This document shows, in pieces, positions 52,912 through 64,000 of a stretch of 64,000 bases of DNA. Origin of the DNA: Salpingoeca rosetta. Its lineage: Eukaryota; Protista; Choanoflagellata. Numbering within the stretch: the first letter of the stretch is position 1; every line of letters begins with the position of its first letter. The notes under the pieces were generated by a model. That model did no database searches. It saw only the letters and a program-made list of their open reading frames with translations, and was not told the origin of the DNA. Position numbers and translations under genes: made by a program. The stretch is taken from contig JAWQFM010000006.1 of NCBI GenBank assembly GCA_033442325.1, positions 895,200 to 959,199 on the forward strand. Reading direction: 5' to 3'.

Positions 52912-55900
52912 CTACGGAGTGGCGGGATCGACATGTGGGGCATGGTGCAGCCGGCCTCGCTGGCGACGTCGCCGCCGCACCCGCCGCTGTCCTTCCTGCT
53001 GCTCTGCCTGCGCTTCATGCGTTTCATGCTTGGTCGTCGGTTTCGTTTTCTGCTTCTCTTGGGCTGGCGCAGCAGCCAGGTCGCGGCAGCCGCTGTCGAG
53101 CGAGTCAGAGTCGTCGCTCCGGTGCGACATCAGCACCGGCACCGGCGGCGGTGGCGATGGTGTCAGCGCTGACGGCGGGGTGTGGTCCACAAACGACATG
53201 GCAAAGCACGCAGAGTCGCAGTTGCGCTTGCGGCTGCCAAAGGGTGCATCGTGCTGGGCCACCAAGCTGCCGTCACTCCCATCACTCCCATCAGTTGCAG
53301 TGTCACCGTTGTCGTCATCAGCATCTGCATCCGCGCCAAACAGCGTTGGCGTGCCACTTCTCCGGCTCCTCCTCCTCCGGCTGTTCCTCTTGCTGCTGCT
53401 TCGCCGTCTCCTCTGGCTCTGGCTGCTGCGAGACGCCAGGGCTCCATCATCGTCGCCGTCGTCGTCGCCATCGTCATCTGTGGACGACATCGCCATGTGT
53501 GTCCTCATCGCGGGCGCAAGACAGGCATCGTCATCGTCGCTGTCGCTCATGATGCGCCGCATCACGCGCGAGCCAGTACGGCCATGGCCACGGCCGCCAC
53601 CACTATCGCTGCTGCTGCGAACAACTGGCACCGCTGCTGGCGACACGGACGGCGACAGCATCGAGCGCAGGCGGCTTGGGCGGGCAGCTGCGACACCGCG
53701 CCTGGTCCCTCCTCGCACCCTGCTGCTGCCAACAGGGGGCGAGTCGGGGCCACCATCACCACCCTCACCGCCCTCATCGTCATCGGAGGAAACGAGGAGA
53801 CGGCGGCGGTTGTTGGTGGTTGCGCGAACACTGAATTCAGGCGAGGAGAACAGTTGGTCCACGCAGCTGGCGCCTGTCCTCGCCGCGTTTGTTCCCGCCA
53901 TCGCCCGTGATGGCGGCGGCGTCGTCGTCGTCGTCGGGGTTGCTACTGTCGTTGGCCGTGCGGGGTGCCGTGTCGAGCGGTGCATGGAGGAGGCCGATGC
54001 GTGACGCCGCGCGCCTCTTGTCTGTTTTGCACGCTTGCAATCCAACTCAGCAAAGTCATCATCGTCGTCATTGTCGTCATCGTCATGAGCATCATCAATG
54101 TCCGTATCACCACCAAGACCACCACCACCGTGACGATGGTGACCATGGTTGGCGGCAGCAGCGGGTGAAGCGGTGCTGCTTGCACGGTGCCTGCTGTGCC
54201 GCCGCCGCCGCCGCCGCCGCCGCTGCGGGCGTGAGAGGGTGCGATCAAACTGTGGGGACGTGGCCGCCAAATCAACGGGCACAGAGGCAGGGCGGCGTCC
54301 CGGTGACAACAACAGTGACGATGATGCTGACGACAGTGGCGATGATGTCGGCGCTGTGGCAGCAGCGGCTGAGGACACTGAAGATGCAGCGGCTGATGAT
54401 GAGGGGCGTGCTGAAGGGGAAGGCGTGCCACGACGGGGATGCAGCCAATCATGCTGCTGTTGCTGGTGGTGGTGGGCCTGGTGGGGCTGGCGGTCATTGG
54501 GCAGCGGCAGTGAGTGGGTGCGACGCAGGGGGGACATGGAGATGGAGACAGACCACGACAGCACGGCCGGCGATGTTGATATGGACGTCTGCATCATCAG
54601 CTGCTCGGCAGTGGACGTGACAGTCGTGCGTGTCCTTGCCCTCTGCGCGCTTGATGCCGCCGCGGAAGGCGCGCTGCGGGGCGACTGAAACGCAGGCGGG
54701 AGCGAGTCCGCAGACGACGAGGAAGAGGAAGAGGAGGAAGAGGATGATGACGCCACCAATGGTGGTGGTGGTGGTGGTGGTGGGCGAGGCGGCGTTGCTG
54801 TTGTTGCTGCTGCTGTCGCTCTCGCTGCTGCGGTTGTTGTTGTTCTTGTTGTTGTTGTTCGTGGTGGTGGTGGTGGTGGTGTTGCCGCGCGTGCACGCGT
54901 GCGTCGTGGTCGAGCAACGCCCCGTGCACTGTCGACAAGAGTTGCTGATGGCGGGGATGTTGCTGTTGTTGCCGACACTCTACTTCCAGCACGGGTCGAG
55001 CCACCCGAACGAGCACTCCCGCTGTTGCGGCGAGCAGCCAGCGCGGCTGCCTGGCGTCGTGTCATGACGGGCGACAGGATGACGGGAGGGGAGGCAGCGC
55101 GCCGCACCCGCGGTGACGCTGGCGAAGACGCACGCACGGCCCTCGTTGCCCGCCGTGGCCTTGCCGCCCTGTGCCTCGCTGTTGCGTGTCTGGAGCCATG
55201 TGTCCGTGCAGATCGGCGGGCGGATGAGGACGATCGCGTTGTCGCTGCAGCACGTGAAGAGGAGGAGGACGATGAAGCCAGGCCAGCATGGCGATGGCCC
55301 CGCCGTCCAGAGCGCCCACCACCACGCGTGTGGTGGCGAGTGGTACGACGCGTGGCTGTCGTCGACAGCCATTCACCATCATCATCATCGTCATCGTCGT
55401 CATCGTCATCGATGACAATGACGCTGTCATCGTTCGAGTGGTTGAAGCGATGACGGCCTTCATAAGTATCATCATCATCATCATCATCGTCGTCGTCGTC
55501 GTCGTCCTCGTCTTCGTGTTCGTCAGCGTGTGGGATGTACTCCTCATCGCCATCGTCACCGCTGTAAGCACCGTTGTCGTCGTCGTCGTCGTCATCGTCA
55601 TCGTCGTCCACCACAAAGCCGTCGAGGACATAGCCGTCGTCCGACACTGTTGGGTGCGCGTTGGTAGGCTGTGAGAGGAGGCTGTTGATAAACTCAATCA
55701 GAAACAACGCCTCAGGGGGCATACCAAACGCGGCAGCGTCATCGCCGTCCTCATCCTCATCATCGTTGGCGGTGATGGGTGGGGCGGGCTCCTGACCGCA
55801 CACGGCGCGTGTCTGGGGATCAATGTGGTGGATTGTGGTGAAAGGGCTCTTGCACAGCGGGCAGCTGTGGGCCTCTGCTGCCCATCGCTTCAAGCACGCC

Positions 55901-56184
55901 AAGCAGAAGATGTGCGTGCAGGACTCGGGGCGAGCGGCAACGGCCACCTTCTTCTGTTGTTGCTGTTGCTGCTGTTGATGGCGGAGCCGGGCAGACCGTC
56001 TGACTGCCACAGATGATGATGATGAAGATGATGATAGTGATGAAGATGATGCAGCATGCCTGTTGCTGTTGGTGTTGTTGCTGGTGTTGTTGCTGGTGTT
56101 GTTGTGTGCTTCATCGTCCGAGTCAAACGCACCAGGCTCTTGCAGACACACTGCACAGAACAGCTTGTCTTCCTCGCTTGCCAT
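52912..56184 (-). CDS. Intronless C3HC4 RING-finger protein (PHRF1/SCAF11-like RING) with long acidic and Arg/Ser-rich disordered tail
   Basis: MASEEDKLFCAVC..(insertion)..SCTHIFCLACLKRWAAEAHSCPLCKSPF; ~1090 uninterrupted codons with poly-D, poly-S and poly-R tracts. Confidence 0.82.
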   Translation of the reverse strand: MASEEDKLFCAVCLQEPGAFDSDDEAHNNTSNNTSNNTNSNRHAASSSSLSSSSSSSSVAVRRSARLRHQQQQQQQQKKVAVAARPESCTHIFCLACLKRWAAEAHSCPLCKSPFTTIHHIDPQTRAVCGQEPAPPITANDDEDEDGDDAAAFGMPPEALFLIEFINSLLSQPTNAHPTVSDDGYVLDGFVVDDDDDDDDDDDNGAYSGDDGDEEYIPHADEHEDEDDDDDDDDDDDDDTYEGRHRFNHSNDDSVIVIDDDDDDDDDDDGEWLSTTATRRTTRHHTRGGGRSGRRGHRHAGLASSSSSSSRAAATTRSSSSARRSARTHGSRHATARHRAARPRRATRAVRASSPASPRVRRAASPPVILSPVMTRRQAAALAARRNSGSARSGGSTRAGSRVSATTATSPPSATLVDSARGVARPRRTRARAATPPPPPPRTTTTRTTTTAAARATAAATTATPPRPPPPPPPPLVASSSSSSSSSSSSSADSLPPAFQSPRSAPSAAASSAQRARTRTTVTSTAEQLMMQTSISTSPAVLSWSVSISMSPLRRTHSLPLPNDRQPHQAHHHQQQQHDWLHPRRGTPSPSARPSSSAAASSVSSAAAATAPTSSPLSSASSSLLLSPGRRPASVPVDLAATSPQFDRTLSRPQRRRRRRRRHSRHRASSTASPAAAANHGHHRHGGGGLGGDTDIDDAHDDDDNDDDDDFAELDCKRAKQTRGARRHASASSMHRSTRHPARPTTVATPTTTTTPPPSRAMAGTNAARTGASCVDQLFSSPEFSVRATTNNRRRLLVSSDDDEGGEGGDGGPDSPPVGSSRVRGGTRRGVAAARPSRLRSMLSPSVSPAAVPVVRSSSDSGGGRGHGRTGSRVMRRIMSDSDDDDACLAPAMRTHMAMSSTDDDGDDDGDDDGALASRSSQSQRRRRSSSKRNSRRRRSRRSGTPTLFGADADADDDNGDTATDGSDGSDGSLVAQHDAPFGSRKRNCDSACFAMSFVDHTPPSALTPSPPPPVPVLMSHRSDDSDSLDSGCRDLAAAPAQEKQKTKPTTKHETHEAQAEQQEGQRRVRRRRRQRGRLHHAPHVDPATP

Positions 56185-56663
56185 TGTGTGCAAGGGTGAC
56201 ACAGAAAAATGCCACAAGGAGCAGCAGCAGCAGGAGCACTCAGAGCCCAACGATGATGATCAAACCAAGTTGCGAGTGTGTGCGTGTGTGTGTGCGCTGA
56301 CGATGCGCAGTCGACGCGTGAGCTGCTGGGAATGAGGCGAACAACACCCCCTTTTATTTTTCACTTTCCCCTCTTTTCGCTGCGATTGTGACGTCGAGGG
56401 AACAGAGCGCTGCTGTTGTTGTGCTGTTGTGGGGTGGGGTGGTGGGGTGTGATTTGGGCTTTTTGGATGGTGCTGTGTCGTCGTCGTTGTTGTTGTCGTT
56501 TGGCTGGCTGGCTGGGAAAATCAAACTTGCCGCGACGAGTTTGGCTGGCCTGGGTAATCTGTGAATAACATTCACAAATCGCCCACAACCGCCAATCGAC
56601 TGAATTCAGCCCAACACGGCGACAGGCGAAAACTGCAGGAAGACGACAAGCAAGAAGTGACGC

Positions 56664-64000
<7,337 letters not shown>

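Overview
Eukaryotic, intron-rich genomic DNA whose introns and intergenic spaces are saturated with (CA)n/(GT)n, (CAA)n and (TATG)n microsatellites. Most of the supplied ORF track (poly-HT/poly-CV peptides) is repeat noise. The gene mix (SH2/phosphotyrosine scaffold, complexin-like and SKIP-like genes alongside fungal/plant-type DBP3) and the repeat style suggest a choanoflagellate such as Salpingoeca rosetta; this is an inference. I stitched exons by hand using GT-AG sites and reading phase and can support about 13 genes, in order: hypothetical membrane-anchored protein (-, partial), secreted BNR/Asp-box sialidase-fold protein (+), DBP3 helicase (+), secreted PAN-mucin-sulfatase (-), an SH2 + ~20-tyrosine-motif scaffold apparently spliced onto two claudin/PMP22-like membrane units (+), MED6 (+), PLEKHM2/SKIP-like RUN-PH protein (-), complexin-like (+), a giant ClC-1/2-type chloride channel (-), a 50-aa ATP synthase subunit f-like microprotein (+), KIF28-like kinesin-3 ending in a CaaX box (-), a RING protein (-) and NUP188 (+, runs off the end). 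There are two N gaps. The most novel-looking element is the SH2/pTyr/claudin-like fusion at 13787-21508. Family assignments come from recognising motifs by eye; no database searches were run.
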